Origin: an uncultured archaeon
GTDB lineage: Archaea; Thermoproteota; Nitrososphaeria; Nitrososphaerales; Gagatemarchaeaceae
Assembly (NCBI GenBank): GCA_963817525.1
Contig: CAWFOU010000007.1
Coordinates: 448,001 to 512,000, forward strand
Length of the DNA stretch: 64,000 nt
Direction: 5' to 3'
Both the position numbers and the translations under genes were made by a program. Below are positions 38,218 through 47,308 of the stretch, piece after piece (position 1 is the first letter of the stretch; the number at the start of each line of letters is the position of its first letter). The notes under the pieces are model-generated. The model had not been told where the DNA came from. It made no database searches and saw nothing but the letters and a program-made list of their open reading frames with translations.

Positions 38218-39609
38218 CTAGGCCGCCTCCACGTACTTGCCGGGGTTCATGATGCCCTCGGGGTCGAAGAGCCTCTTGATCTCCTTCATGAGCCTCAGGG
38301 CCTCCCTCCCCTCGTGGGCGACGAGCTGCTCCCTCAGGAGCTTCGCCTTCTGCGACCCAACGCCGTGCTCCCCCGTCACCGAGCCGCCTACGCTAATCCC
38401 GTAGCGGCAGATCTCCTCGAAGGCCTTGTGGGCGGCCGCGCGGCTCTCCTTGTCGTCCTCGTCGTAGAGTATGACAGGGTGGACGTTCCCGTCGCCCGCG
38501 TGGCCGTTGACGAGGATCCTCAGCCCGTGCTTTGCGGCGGTCTCCTTCACCTTCTTCATGTACTCGCCGAGCCTGTCGATGGGGACGGCGATGTCCTCGA
38601 CCTGGACGGCCTTCCCTAGGCCGCGTATCGCGAGGTAGGCCATCGAGCGGATGTGGTAGAAGGCCTCGGCCTCCGCGGCGTCCTTGGCGACCACGACCTT
38701 GCCCGGCTTGTTGCGGTTGAAGATCTCCATGGCCGCGGCGAGGGAGGGCTCCTCGATGTCCACGATCAGCGTCGCCTCCGCCTCGTCCTGCTTGGTGTCG
38801 AGGTGGGCGTTGACCGCCTGGATGGTCTCCTTGTCAAGGAACTCGAAGATGTGCGGCATTATCCTCGACGCCCTCAGCTGGCAGATGGCGTCGGTCGCGG
38901 AGCGCCAGTCCCCATAGGTAAGGAGGAGGCGCTTGGGCACGGAGTCCGGGAGGGGGATGACCTTCAGCCACGCCTCCGTGACAACCCCCAGCGTCCCCTC
39001 GCTCCCGACCATGAGGTGGACGAGGTCGAACCCGGCCCTGTTCTTGGCGAGCGGCTCCCCGAAGTTCGCGACCTTGCCGTTGGGGAGGACGACCCGCAGG
39101 GCGACCACCCAGTCCTTCACCGTCCCGTACTTCACGCAGCGCAGCCCCCCCGAGCCCTCCGCGACCGCGCCCCCGACCGTGCAGAGCGAGCTGCTCGCAG
39201 GGTCGGGAGGGAAGAAGAACCCGTCCTTCGCGAGGCGCTTGTTGAGCTCCTCGAGGGTGACCCCCGCTTGGGCGCGCGCATACCAGTTCACGGTGTCGAC
39301 CTTCAGCACCGAGTCCATCCTCCGCATGTCCAGGATTATCGCGCCCTTGGCGACGGCCGCCCCCGTGAGGCTAGTCCCCGCCCCCCTCGGGACGATGGCG
39401 ACCTTCCTCTTCCCGGCGAGCGCCACTATCTTCATCACCTCCCCCTCCGAGCCAGGCCTGACCACAACGGCGGGCAGGGCGCGGAAGCCCGCCATGTCCT
39501 CTGAGTACTCCTCGAGGCGCGCCGCGTCGGCGAAGACGTTCTCCGCGCCGCTTATCCTCGCCAGGGCCCCAGGGACATCCCCGAGCCCCCTCCTCGCTCG
39601 CTTTGGCAA
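38218..39609 (-). CDS. FAD-linked oxidase (GlcD/D-lactate dehydrogenase-like)
   Basis: PRGAGTSLTG, FPPDPAS, GSEGTLG, GHAGDGNVH, GEHGVG, DP.GIMNPGK. Confidence 0.93.
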   Translation of the reverse strand: MPKRARRGLGDVPGALARISGAENVFADAARLEEYSEDMAGFRALPAVVVRPGSEGEVMKIVALAGKRKVAIVPRGAGTSLTGAAVAKGAIILDMRRMDSVLKVDTVNWYARAQAGVTLEELNKRLAKDGFFFPPDPASSSLCTVGGAVAEGSGGLRCVKYGTVKDWVVALRVVLPNGKVANFGEPLAKNRAGFDLVHLMVGSEGTLGVVTEAWLKVIPLPDSVPKRLLLTYGDWRSATDAICQLRASRIMPHIFEFLDKETIQAVNAHLDTKQDEAEATLIVDIEEPSLAAAMEIFNRNKPGKVVVAKDAAEAEAFYHIRSMAYLAIRGLGKAVQVEDIAVPIDRLGEYMKKVKETAAKHGLRILVNGHAGDGNVHPVILYDEDDKESRAAAHKAFEEICRYGISVGGSVTGEHGVGSQKAKLLREQLVAHEGREALRLMKEIKRLFDPEGIMNPGKYVEAA

Positions 39610-39620
39610 GCGGCCAACGC

Positions 39621-40616
39621 CTACGCGAAGATCCCGAGGACCGCGTCGTCGGCGAGGGCGACCGCGTACCCCGCGATCCCCCTGATGTCCCTGAGTATGA
39701 GCGAGAGGCGGTAGGCGTTCTTCTCCTCATAGGCGGTGGGGAGCTTGTAGCCGCTCTCGTAGAGCTGCCTCACCTGTGGCATCTTCTGGAAGACCGAGTT
39801 CGCCGAGACGATGTCCTTCGAGAGGAGGGCCTTGAGCGCGAGAGCCTGCATGTCGGCGGTGGTTTTGGACATCCTCTGGACCACGGAGACGAAGTTGCGG
39901 TCGGGCCTCTGGGTGAGGGCGGCGACGTGCTGCCCGACCCACATGGCGTAGTAGGCAATCCTCCCGAGCTCCCTGGTCGCGATGGTCATCACGATTACCT
40001 GCGAGATGTCGGCGAGCTTCATCTCCTCCCTCAGCTTCCTGCTCTTCGCGGCCTGGAAGGCGAGGCGCATCATCAGCCTGTAGACCTTGGTGCTCTCCGC
40101 GCCCCTCGAGTACGCATCCTGGGCGAGGCTGGCGTCCCCCAGGTCGAGGGCGGTGACGGCGTCGCTGAGCACCGCGGCCGAAGTGGCGGAGAACCTCTCG
40201 AGCGTCCCGAGGAGGCTGAACTTCGCGGGGTCGATGAGGTTGATGAGGTCGACGTGGTCGGCGTAGTCCTCCGAGACCTCGACCCCCATTATCCCCTCGA
40301 TGGTCTGTCGTATCATCTGCTTTTGGTGGGGCTGCATCTTGTTGCTCGAGGAGAAGATCCTCGTCACGTCGTTCCCCTCGATGTAGGAGGCCGTGATGCC
40401 GAGGTCGAGGAAGCGTTGGTCTTTCAGCTGGTCGATGTCGATGGTCCTCGAGTGGCCTTCGTACTTCTGCTCAGTCGGGGTTATCACGAGGCTCCCCTCG
40501 TCCAGCTCGGTCGAGACCAGGTCTCCCTTCTTGAGCTTGAGCTGCTCGACCCACTCTTTGGGCACCGTTATCATGAACGTGCCTCCGGCCGTCGCCTGGA
40601 TCTTGCGGACTTGCAC
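39621..40616 (-). CDS. phoU: Archaeal phosphate-uptake regulator (AbrB N-domain plus PhoU domains)
   Basis: Probable GTG start 40616. RKIQ.T.GGTFMITVPKEWV..L.LKKGD, then two helical PhoU-like repeats. Confidence 0.85.
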   Translation of the reverse strand: MQVRKIQATAGGTFMITVPKEWVEQLKLKKGDLVSTELDEGSLVITPTEQKYEGHSRTIDIDQLKDQRFLDLGITASYIEGNDVTRIFSSSNKMQPHQKQMIRQTIEGIMGVEVSEDYADHVDLINLIDPAKFSLLGTLERFSATSAAVLSDAVTALDLGDASLAQDAYSRGAESTKVYRLMMRLAFQAAKSRKLREEMKLADISQVIVMTIATRELGRIAYYAMWVGQHVAALTQRPDRNFVSVVQRMSKTTADMQALALKALLSKDIVSANSVFQKMPQVRQLYESGYKLPTAYEEKNAYRLSLILRDIRGIAGYAVALADDAVLGIFA

Positions 40617-40757
40617 GTTGCCTCCACTCTCGCCCGCGATTATAAAATTTCTGGAAAAATAGGTAGAGTATGTTCTATATGGAGAATATCGATATATCGT
40701 AGAGGATGTATGTATTTTATGAAAATCCTTAAAGCGGGCAGGGGCTACATTTTCCAC

Positions 40758-40880
40758 ATGAATCAGGAGCTCGACGGCAAGCAAAAGGCGCGCGAGCCGC
40801 TCAACGATGACGAAAAGGCCGCCCTTCGAGCCAAGGCGTTTGCCTACGCCCTACTCAACAGGCCCTCACCCCCATTCTAG
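40758..40880 (+). CDS. Possible 40-aa protein
   Basis: MNQELDGKQKAREPLNDDEKAALRAKAFAYALLNRPSPPF, about 25 nt after CTTAAA at 40728-40733. Confidence 0.4.
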   Translation: MNQELDGKQKAREPLNDDEKAALRAKAFAYALLNRPSPPF

Positions 40881-40973
40881 AACGACTGTCTTCCGGCGGA
40901 ATACTTCGGGAACCCCGTTCGGACAAATGTATTAATCGCAGCACCCCTCTGACACTTTTGAGGTTCTGCTTGG

Positions 40974-42095
40974 TTGACTGCTCCACCCGCCCGGAGCTAC
41001 AGAGCTATCGCGATTGCGATCGTCATAACAGGCGTGTTGATCTCGGCGAGCCTGTATGTCGCGGTTGGGGCACCGACAAGGACGACGACCGCTACGCGGA
41101 CGGTGACCACCGCAGGAACCTCCTCCCAGACGGATTGCTCCGAAATCACCGTCAACGGCACTGGGTACTGCAGCCTTGACGTGACCGATAATATGACCTA
41201 TGGTCAAGAGTCTGGAAACGGCGCGCTCAACGCGCCTGTCACGTTCATGGGCGTGACGTTCGAAAGCACATGCCCCGGAGCGGACGTGCTTTACTGCGTC
41301 CCGGAGAGCCAGTTCGCCTCCCAGGGCGCCGTCTCCAGCGGAGTCATTTCCTTGGAACTGGTCTTTCCGGACAGTGCCATGCATGACATCTCCGCGCCCT
41401 TTTCGTCGACCCCCTGCCCGTGCCAAGAGTGGTACTACCTGACGTCCGCCGCCCAGATGTCTGCCGGTCTCTTTCTCGAGGGCGAGAACACAGCGCCCTA
41501 CCTCAGGGTCGTCCTCCTCGTGGAACCCTGGCAACAACCGACGCCGACAGCCCTCGCCAACTCCGCGAACCACCTGCAACTCCAGCTCTTTCTGAACTCG
41601 TCATCTCCGGCGAGCGGCCTTGACGTCAGCGTTGCCGTCGATGATTACAACACCCTCGCTTCCGCGAACAACGTCACCGCGGCGAACGACTGGCTAGTCC
41701 CTCTGAGTCACCTGGATGGCGCACCCTGCGGCGATGACACGCCCGGACCTCTCGTCGGTTTCGCAGTCACCGAAGGACACTACACGCCCTCGAACGTCAC
41801 TGCGGCCAAGTTCCTGGACCTTGTCAACCCGGCAGCCACCTTCAACTGCCCGCTCTACCTCGGATACGGAAGCCCGACAGGGTATCTCTTCGTGCCCATG
41901 AGCGAGGGGGCCGACTCGTACGGCTGCATCGGAGTGAGCCCGACATGCCCGACGGGGGGTGCGTCAACCGGGCTGAGATTTTCTGGGTATTGGAACCAGG
42001 GAGGGGCCTTCGTGAGCTTCCCGCGAGGCACGTACACGGTTCTGGGGGAGGACGAATGGGGCGACTCCGCCTTGACCTACTTCACCGTTTCATGA
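40974..42095 (+). CDS. Secreted Cys-containing surface protein (DEWG family)
   Basis: N-terminal TM segment, Thr linker, NNVTAANDW, YTVLGEDEWGD. Confidence 0.7.
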   Translation: MTAPPARSYRAIAIAIVITGVLISASLYVAVGAPTRTTTATRTVTTAGTSSQTDCSEITVNGTGYCSLDVTDNMTYGQESGNGALNAPVTFMGVTFESTCPGADVLYCVPESQFASQGAVSSGVISLELVFPDSAMHDISAPFSSTPCPCQEWYYLTSAAQMSAGLFLEGENTAPYLRVVLLVEPWQQPTPTALANSANHLQLQLFLNSSSPASGLDVSVAVDDYNTLASANNVTAANDWLVPLSHLDGAPCGDDTPGPLVGFAVTEGHYTPSNVTAAKFLDLVNPAATFNCPLYLGYGSPTGYLFVPMSEGADSYGCIGVSPTCPTGGASTGLRFSGYWNQGGAFVSFPRGTYTVLGEDEWGDSALTYFTVS

Positions 42096-42115
42096 GGGGC
42101 GGATTTCCCAACCCA

Positions 42116-43123
42116 TCACCTTGCGAGGACCACTCCCTTGGGGAGGACGGCCATGATGTCGGGGTGCCTCTGCCTGATCGACTGCTCCGAGAGCGGGAAG
42201 AGGCCGCTCTTCATCGCCCTCCTCACGTTGTATCGGATGAACTGCCTGTAGCGCGCGTCCCCGATGTAGGCGAGCACGGCGTCGGTGGCCGAGGCCTCGT
42301 CCATCCCCCTCACCGTGGTGAAGTAGGGGGCGAGTATCAGCCAGATGACCCGGTGCCTCCCGTCCGTTATTGGGTGCTCTAGGAGGCGCTTGACGTACTC
42401 GAACTGGTTCTGCTGGCGCGGCGGGGGCCTGGGGATGAGGGGCCTGAACTCGTCGACGAGCGACTGGACGAACTCGGGAACCGGGGCGGACCTGAGCGAC
42501 CTCATGCCGGATATCATCAGGCCCTGCACTAGGGCGGCGAAGAGGTCCCTCACGTCGTTGACGGTGAAGTAGACCAGCCCCCCGGACAGGCGCATGTTGA
42601 CCAGGCGCCACCTGGGGTCCCTCGTCAGCTCGTACTCCGTGGTCACCTCGAGGTACTTCTCGACGGGGCAGGTTATCACCGGCGGGCCTCCGCCCCCGCG
42701 CTCGGTCCCCGGCTGGAGCCACAGCTCGAGGCCCGCGGCCTCCTTGAGGAGGACGACCATCTGCTGGGGCGGCTCCTTGACGAAGAACGTCTTGGCGCGG
42801 GCGGCCTCCGTCCTCGCGAGGGCCAGGGTGAGGAAGGGCTCGTTCTTCGAGGCGAGCACCGCGACAAAGTAGCTGTAGAACTCGATCACGTCCTCCGGGT
42901 TCTTCGTGTCGCCGCTCCACCTCTCGTAGGACTGGTAGCCCAGCTTGCGCACGTTCTGGACGTCGAAGGTGGGGTTCCTCACGGCGAGCGTGAGGCGGTA
43001 GCGAGCCTGGTCGAGGATGGGCCTGTAGACCGACTTGACCACCTCGTCGAGTGGGTAGCTGAGGAGGAAGTCCCTGGCGGACCGCATGAATGGGTACTTC
43101 ACCAGCTTCGGGTCTACGTTCAA
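42116..43123 (-). CDS. DNA primase large-subunit N-domain fused to a PriX-like C-domain
   Basis: Probable TTG start 43123. KYPF...A, WRLVN..L..G.VY are PriL N-domain motifs; C-terminal LLEHPITDGRHR..WLILAPYF..VRG resembles PriX; no PPC/Cys cluster. Confidence 0.75.
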   Translation of the reverse strand: MNVDPKLVKYPFMRSARDFLLSYPLDEVVKSVYRPILDQARYRLTLAVRNPTFDVQNVRKLGYQSYERWSGDTKNPEDVIEFYSYFVAVLASKNEPFLTLALARTEAARAKTFFVKEPPQQMVVLLKEAAGLELWLQPGTERGGGGPPVITCPVEKYLEVTTEYELTRDPRWRLVNMRLSGGLVYFTVNDVRDLFAALVQGLMISGMRSLRSAPVPEFVQSLVDEFRPLIPRPPPRQQNQFEYVKRLLEHPITDGRHRVIWLILAPYFTTVRGMDEASATDAVLAYIGDARYRQFIRYNVRRAMKSGLFPLSEQSIRQRHPDIMAVLPKGVVLAR

Positions 43124-43305
43124 GACTATCCTCCGTTCGTCTCGGAGGCTCGACTCTGATAATGATATGTTTTCTTCCGGGTCTATTCGGCCGGCGCCAG
43201 CGGTCACGTGTCTTGCGAGATGATACTCCGCCGCGGGCTATATCCCCCGATGTCGGCGAGCGGCTTATACGAGAGCGACCCGGCCTGGAGCGCAGGTCTT
43301 GGTGG

Positions 43306-43461
43306 ATGGCGAGGCAGGCAATCCGATGCTCAGAGTGCAACTGCCACCCTGCGATATGCCTGGCCGCCGAGACCGCGAGGGACTGCAAGGGCTGCTCGCA
43401 GGCCGCGAACTCCTTCACGGCCGAGTGCTGCTGCTGGCAGGCGGCCCACGGGTTCGCCTGA
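43306..43461 (+). CDS. 51-aa Cys-rich metal-binding protein
   Basis: MARQAIRCSECNCHPAICLAAETARDCKGCSQAANSFTAECCCWQAAHGFA (9 Cys, 2 His); CTTATA box at 43264-43269. Confidence 0.65.
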   Translation: MARQAIRCSECNCHPAICLAAETARDCKGCSQAANSFTAECCCWQAAHGFA

Positions 43462-43517
43462 GGCGCGGTCGCGCGCCCGGCTAGCGCTTATATGCGGACG
43501 GCGACGGAATCGGGGCG

Positions 43518-44186
43518 ATGGCCACGCTCTCCCAAGCGAAGACGCTTGGCGGCGTTGGGTCGATCCTCATCTTCATCCCCTTCGTCAGCCTGGTCGGCTA
43601 CATCCTCATAATCGTGGCCGTCAAGCAGATCTCGGACGACCTGCAGGACAGGTCGATCTTCAACAACATCCTCATCGCGGCCATCACGGGGATAGTGGGA
43701 GCCACCGCTGGAGCGTTCTTCATCTTGGCGTCCATCGGGGCGGTCGCGAAGGTGAGCGTGTCCGCAGGCGTGGGCGCCGAGCGCGGGGCGTTCCTGGGGG
43801 TGCTCGGTGGGCTCCTCGTGGTCTGGATATTCCTCGTGATCTCCGCGGTCTTCCTGAGGAGGTGCTACGACACGATGAGCAAGAAGCTCGGCGTGAGCAC
43901 TTTCAACACCGCTGCGACGCTCTACCTCGTCGGCGCGGCCCTGACGATAGTGTTCGTCGGGTTCATCGTCCTGTTCATCGCCGAGATCATACAGGCGATC
44001 GCGTACTTCTCGATACCTGCGCGCCCGCCTGGGCAGGGGATGGACGGCTCTCTTGGCTCCACGGCCGCCGCGGCGACCCCTCAGGCGCAGTCGCCGCCCC
44101 CAGGCTCCAAGTTCTGCACCAACTGCGGCGCCAAGATATCGCCGTCGGCCACGTTCTGCTACAGCTGCGGCGCGAAGCAGGCCTAG
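43518..44186 (+). CDS. DUF996-like membrane protein with C-terminal double zinc ribbon
   Basis: AKTLGGVGSIL...AVKQISD...IFNN; FCTNCG...FCYSCG. Confidence 0.85.
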   Translation: MATLSQAKTLGGVGSILIFIPFVSLVGYILIIVAVKQISDDLQDRSIFNNILIAAITGIVGATAGAFFILASIGAVAKVSVSAGVGAERGAFLGVLGGLLVVWIFLVISAVFLRRCYDTMSKKLGVSTFNTAATLYLVGAALTIVFVGFIVLFIAEIIQAIAYFSIPARPPGQGMDGSLGSTAAAATPQAQSPPPGSKFCTNCGAKISPSATFCYSCGAKQA

Positions 44187-44197
44187 TCGCGGCGCGC

Positions 44198-44890
44198 CTA
44201 CTCGTTGGCCACGCTGATGCTCGCGCTGGTCTTCGAGCTGGACTGGACGCTGACCAGGGCGCAGTTCACGAGGACCACGACGTTGCCCGCGCCGGGCGAG
44301 AACTCCACGCCGTCCACCGAGCACCTCGCCAGGACGGTGGACCCCGCGGCGAGCTGGCCCAGCTGCGACGGGGTGCTCCAGAACAGGATGACGTTGCCCG
44401 AGTCGATGGAAGAGTAGTACTGGCCCGTGTTGAGGTCCCTCCCCACCCCGAAGTCGAGGTTGTCCTTGATGTACACGGTCCTGTTCGTGTAGGAGGCGGC
44501 GGCCCGCGACTGGTTGCTCGCGTAGGCGGTGAAGAGCTGGCCTCCCGTGAGGGGGTCGCTGGCAGAGTTCACCGCGGGGGCGGCCGGCGAGCCGAGCAAC
44601 CCCGTCTCGAAGGTGGAGAACACGAGGAGGGCCGCGAGGACCGCTATTATCACGAGCATCGTCCCCCTCCTTCCGGGGAAGCGCGACTGTCTCTTCTCCC
44701 CGGGGAGGGAGGGCGGAGGCGCGGCCGGCTCGGTGGTCAGCGGCGGCGAGGTCGCGGTCATGCCGGAGTTGAAGTAGGAAGGCGACATGGCAGGCTGGGC
44801 GACGGTGGAGCCCGCGGCGGCGGCCCCGCAGTCAGGGCAGAACGGGGCGCCCTGGGGCACCTCCCGTCCGCAGGTCGAGCAGGCGGTCAA
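44198..44890 (-). CDS. Zinc-ribbon/TM protein with a putative OB-fold exterior domain
   Basis: CSTCG...FCPDCG, Pro-rich linker, TM segment, L..AY..N...A...Y. Confidence 0.7.
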   Translation of the reverse strand: MTACSTCGREVPQGAPFCPDCGAAAAGSTVAQPAMSPSYFNSGMTATSPPLTTEPAAPPPSLPGEKRQSRFPGRRGTMLVIIAVLAALLVFSTFETGLLGSPAAPAVNSASDPLTGGQLFTAYASNQSRAAASYTNRTVYIKDNLDFGVGRDLNTGQYYSSIDSGNVILFWSTPSQLGQLAAGSTVLARCSVDGVEFSPGAGNVVVLVNCALVSVQSSSKTSASISVANE

Positions 44891-44952
44891 GCGGCGCTTT
44901 TGGCGCGAGCGTAAATATAAATCGCTTGGCGCGAGCGCCTATAGTCCTCTGG

Positions 44953-45195
44953 CTACTTGGTGTGGGCCGGCTTGAACACGAAGCCGTCGAGGAGCTGGCG
45001 GAGATCCTTCTTCTCCTTCTTCGACTGCTTGTAGAGCTCGTCCCTCCGCCCTGGCGGCAACTTGTTCCAGTACTTTGCCACCTCGTCCTTCACCTCGAAC
45101 ACGTAGAACTCCCCCTGCTTGAAGGGCGTGTCCCTCCCCTTCTCCACGGTCGGGGCGACGCCCGACCCGTCGTCACGAACCCTAATCGAAGTCAT
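44953..45195 (-). CDS. Small hypothetical protein (80 aa)
   Basis: ATG 45195 (MTSIRVRDD), about 25 nt from a TTAAAT box; host codon bias. Confidence 0.6.
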   Translation of the reverse strand: MTSIRVRDDGSGVAPTVEKGRDTPFKQGEFYVFEVKDEVAKYWNKLPPGRRDELYKQSKKEKKDLRQLLDGFVFKPAHTK

Positions 45196-45315
45196 GCCTT
45201 CGTCCCCCAAGTCGTCCTCATTTAAGAAATGGCCTTGGTCCGTTGGGAGGCACCGAGGGGCGCGGGCGGGGGGCTGGAAATTCTTAAAAGCAAAGCCAAA
45301 ACGCACTCGGGCGAA

Positions 45316-45396
45316 ATGTCAGCCGAAGACGGCGAAACCGACGACGACTTCGAGGACGACTTCGAAGACAGCGACGATTCCAACGACGACGACTGA
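45316..45396 (+). CDS. 26-aa hyper-acidic peptide (not in ORF track)
   Basis: MSAEDGETDDDFEDDFEDSDDSNDDD*; TTCTTAAAA box at 45281-45289. Confidence 0.55.
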   Translation: MSAEDGETDDDFEDDFEDSDDSNDDD

Positions 45397-45476
45397 AGGG
45401 AACCCTGAGGGGCTGAGGACCCTCGAGGCCCCCGGCCAGATCTGATCTTAGAACTGCTTTCCTAGCGCCGCTGCCG

Positions 45477-45788
45477 TCAGCCCGTCCTGCGGGCCAGGTT
45501 GAACATGTAGCGGTTTATGCAGTCGACGTCGCTGTCTATCCTCTCGACTGTCATCCTCTTGAAGCGGGCGAAGATGTCCTTGAGGGCTTCTTCGTCGAGC
45601 TGGTTGACCATCGTCGGGTTGGAAAGGAACTGGACCCAGCCGGCGTTGCTCTGCCTCATAAAGTCCATGCACTGGAGTATCCTGCTCACGGCGTCGAGCC
45701 TGTCCTTCGCCTCCGCGGTCTCTATCTCCTTCCTCAGGAGGATGATCGAGTCCCTGACTTCCTGGATGTTGGTGTCCCAGTTGCTCAT
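45477..45788 (-). CDS. DUF2153-like archaeal protein
   Basis: DRLD...S..GW.QFL.NP......EE.L.DI pattern; all-helical. Confidence 0.65.
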   Translation of the reverse strand: MSNWDTNIQEVRDSIILLRKEIETAEAKDRLDAVSRILQCMDFMRQSNAGWVQFLSNPTMVNQLDEEALKDIFARFKRMTVERIDSDVDCINRYMFNLARRTG

Positions 45789-45933
45789 TAGGATCGTGCG
45801 TTTGTGCCTCTAGCCCGGCTTTAACGGTTTGCCCGCTCCGGGGCGCCAGGCGACACGGCGGGGGCTTTGCGCATCCGAAGAGACGAGATTCACAACCCTT
45901 ATCTAGAGATTGCCGCTTCTGTAATAATCTGCC

Positions 45934-46338
45934 ATGCTTGTCGGAGAATCGGCAAAAGCACGGCCTGAGATGAGCGGAGACCTCCGGACAATCGGTGTCG
46001 TGGGCGTCCCTCGGGCACAGAGCGCCTCGGAGGACGTGAGCTTTGACGACATTTTCCGAACCTCGATAGAGGATGGGATGACCAGGATCCTCGGGGTCGA
46101 CGGGGCCAAGGCCACCCTCTTCCACCTCGACTTTCCCACCATTGACAGCTCGAAGAAGTTCCACGACAAGCTCACGGCCATATTCAGGGCCGGAGCGCCG
46201 TCGCTCGAGAGGGTGATACTCCAACACCTGCACGAGGCTCTGGGCATCCGGCCTGCCTCCCCCAAGGACGACTTTGTCAGCCAGGTCGAGAGCGCGAGGC
46301 GCGGCTTTGGTCCGAACAGGTCGATGATGGCGATTTGA
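45934..46338 (+). CDS. Hypothetical helical protein (DUF3227/NitrOD5-like)
   Basis: ILG...KA.LFHL...KF...L..IF..GA..LE..I...L pattern. Confidence 0.55.
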   Translation: MLVGESAKARPEMSGDLRTIGVVGVPRAQSASEDVSFDDIFRTSIEDGMTRILGVDGAKATLFHLDFPTIDSSKKFHDKLTAIFRAGAPSLERVILQHLHEALGIRPASPKDDFVSQVESARRGFGPNRSMMAI

Positions 46339-46763
46339 CGTCGAGCAGGGGCGCCAGGATGGAGGAGGTCGACTCCGCCCAGGTGGCCGTGGCGCGGAGG
46401 ATCGCGAAGGACCTGGTCGACTGCGACCCCTCGATACTCAGCCTCATAGTCGTGGACTCCCTGGGGCGCGTGCTGCACGTGAGCAGGTCGGCGCGCCTTC
46501 CCGACGCGGAGCAGGTCAACCCCGAACTCGTCACGGTGTTCGGGACGCTGGCCAAGGTGATAGTCGGGGCGGCCAACAGCGCAGCGCAGGTCATGGGCGG
46601 GACGGAGGCGATAGTCGGGATCTTCAAGAAGCAGAAGGTCTTGCTCATCAACCTCCAAGAGTACAACCTGCTGCTGGCACTGCGGCTCTCCAGGTCGGCC
46701 AACGCGGAGTACGTCCGCGACCAGATCGAAAAACTGTTGGCCGCGCGGGAAGAGGCTTCCTAA
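46335..46763 (+). CDS. Roadblock/profilin-like fold protein
   Basis: I.S.IVVD..G.VL strand pair, long helix, three-strand end and C-terminal helix; overlaps the upstream stop. Confidence 0.55.
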   Translation: MTSSRGARMEEVDSAQVAVARRIAKDLVDCDPSILSLIVVDSLGRVLHVSRSARLPDAEQVNPELVTVFGTLAKVIVGAANSAAQVMGGTEAIVGIFKKQKVLLINLQEYNLLLALRLSRSANAEYVRDQIEKLLAAREEAS

Positions 46764-46854
46764 TCCAGTTTCCCGAACTCAAGCCTCGAACCTGAAATTA
46801 TGTACTGGAAATTCATTATGACTTTATACTTCTTTCAGTAATTCGAAATCCGAT

Positions 46855-47214
46855 TTGAGCCTCGCGGTGCCCGTGAGCGAAGAGAACGCCTGGAATGACC
46901 GGCGCAGGCTCATGAGCGGCGGCAAGAGGCTCCTCGTCTCCGCGGGTCTGATAGCGCTCGCGTTCTGCGTCGCGCTTATCCTCATCGTTTCCTTCGGCAA
47001 TCCTCACGACCAGAACATCGCCCTGATCGCAGGGGACTATGTCGTGACCCTCGGCATCGCCGTCCCGGGGCTGACGCTCTTCCTGCTCCGCGTCTATACG
47101 GACAGGTCGATAAGGAGGGGCAACGCGAAGGCCTTCACCACGAGGGCGAAGTTGGGGCTCCTTTCCATCAGCTGGGTAACCCTGGCGATAGCCGTCACTC
47201 TGCTGATAGTGTAG
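46855..47214 (+). CDS. Three-TM membrane protein
   Basis: Three hydrophobic segments; start uncertain. Confidence 0.6.
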   Translation: MSLAVPVSEENAWNDRRRLMSGGKRLLVSAGLIALAFCVALILIVSFGNPHDQNIALIAGDYVVTLGIAVPGLTLFLLRVYTDRSIRRGNAKAFTTRAKLGLLSISWVTLAIAVTLLIV

Positions 47215-47308
47215 CAGCGCGGCCTCCGAACGTAGAAGGCAAATACGGATTGGGCTTCCATAACGCAGTTATCCAAAAATCGCGTCGTGCGACCCTAGGT
47301 GTGAGTGG

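Noticed and set aside
40617-40784. N-terminal extension of PhoU
   Set aside because: It runs through the AT-rich promoter region; the AbrB domain starts at GTG 40616.
43200-43480. RNase P RNA or another ncRNA (CGGCTTAT at 43261)
   Set aside because: No GAGGAAAGTCC-type 5' element was found; the region is better explained by a TATA box plus a Cys-rich ORF.
43208-44914. 568-aa ORF and many other long Arg/Gly/Pro-rich ORFs (e.g. 2510-3664, 25592-26863, 31830-33347, 42090-43418)
   Set aside because: They are antisense or off-frame shadows of well-supported genes, expected in high-GC DNA.
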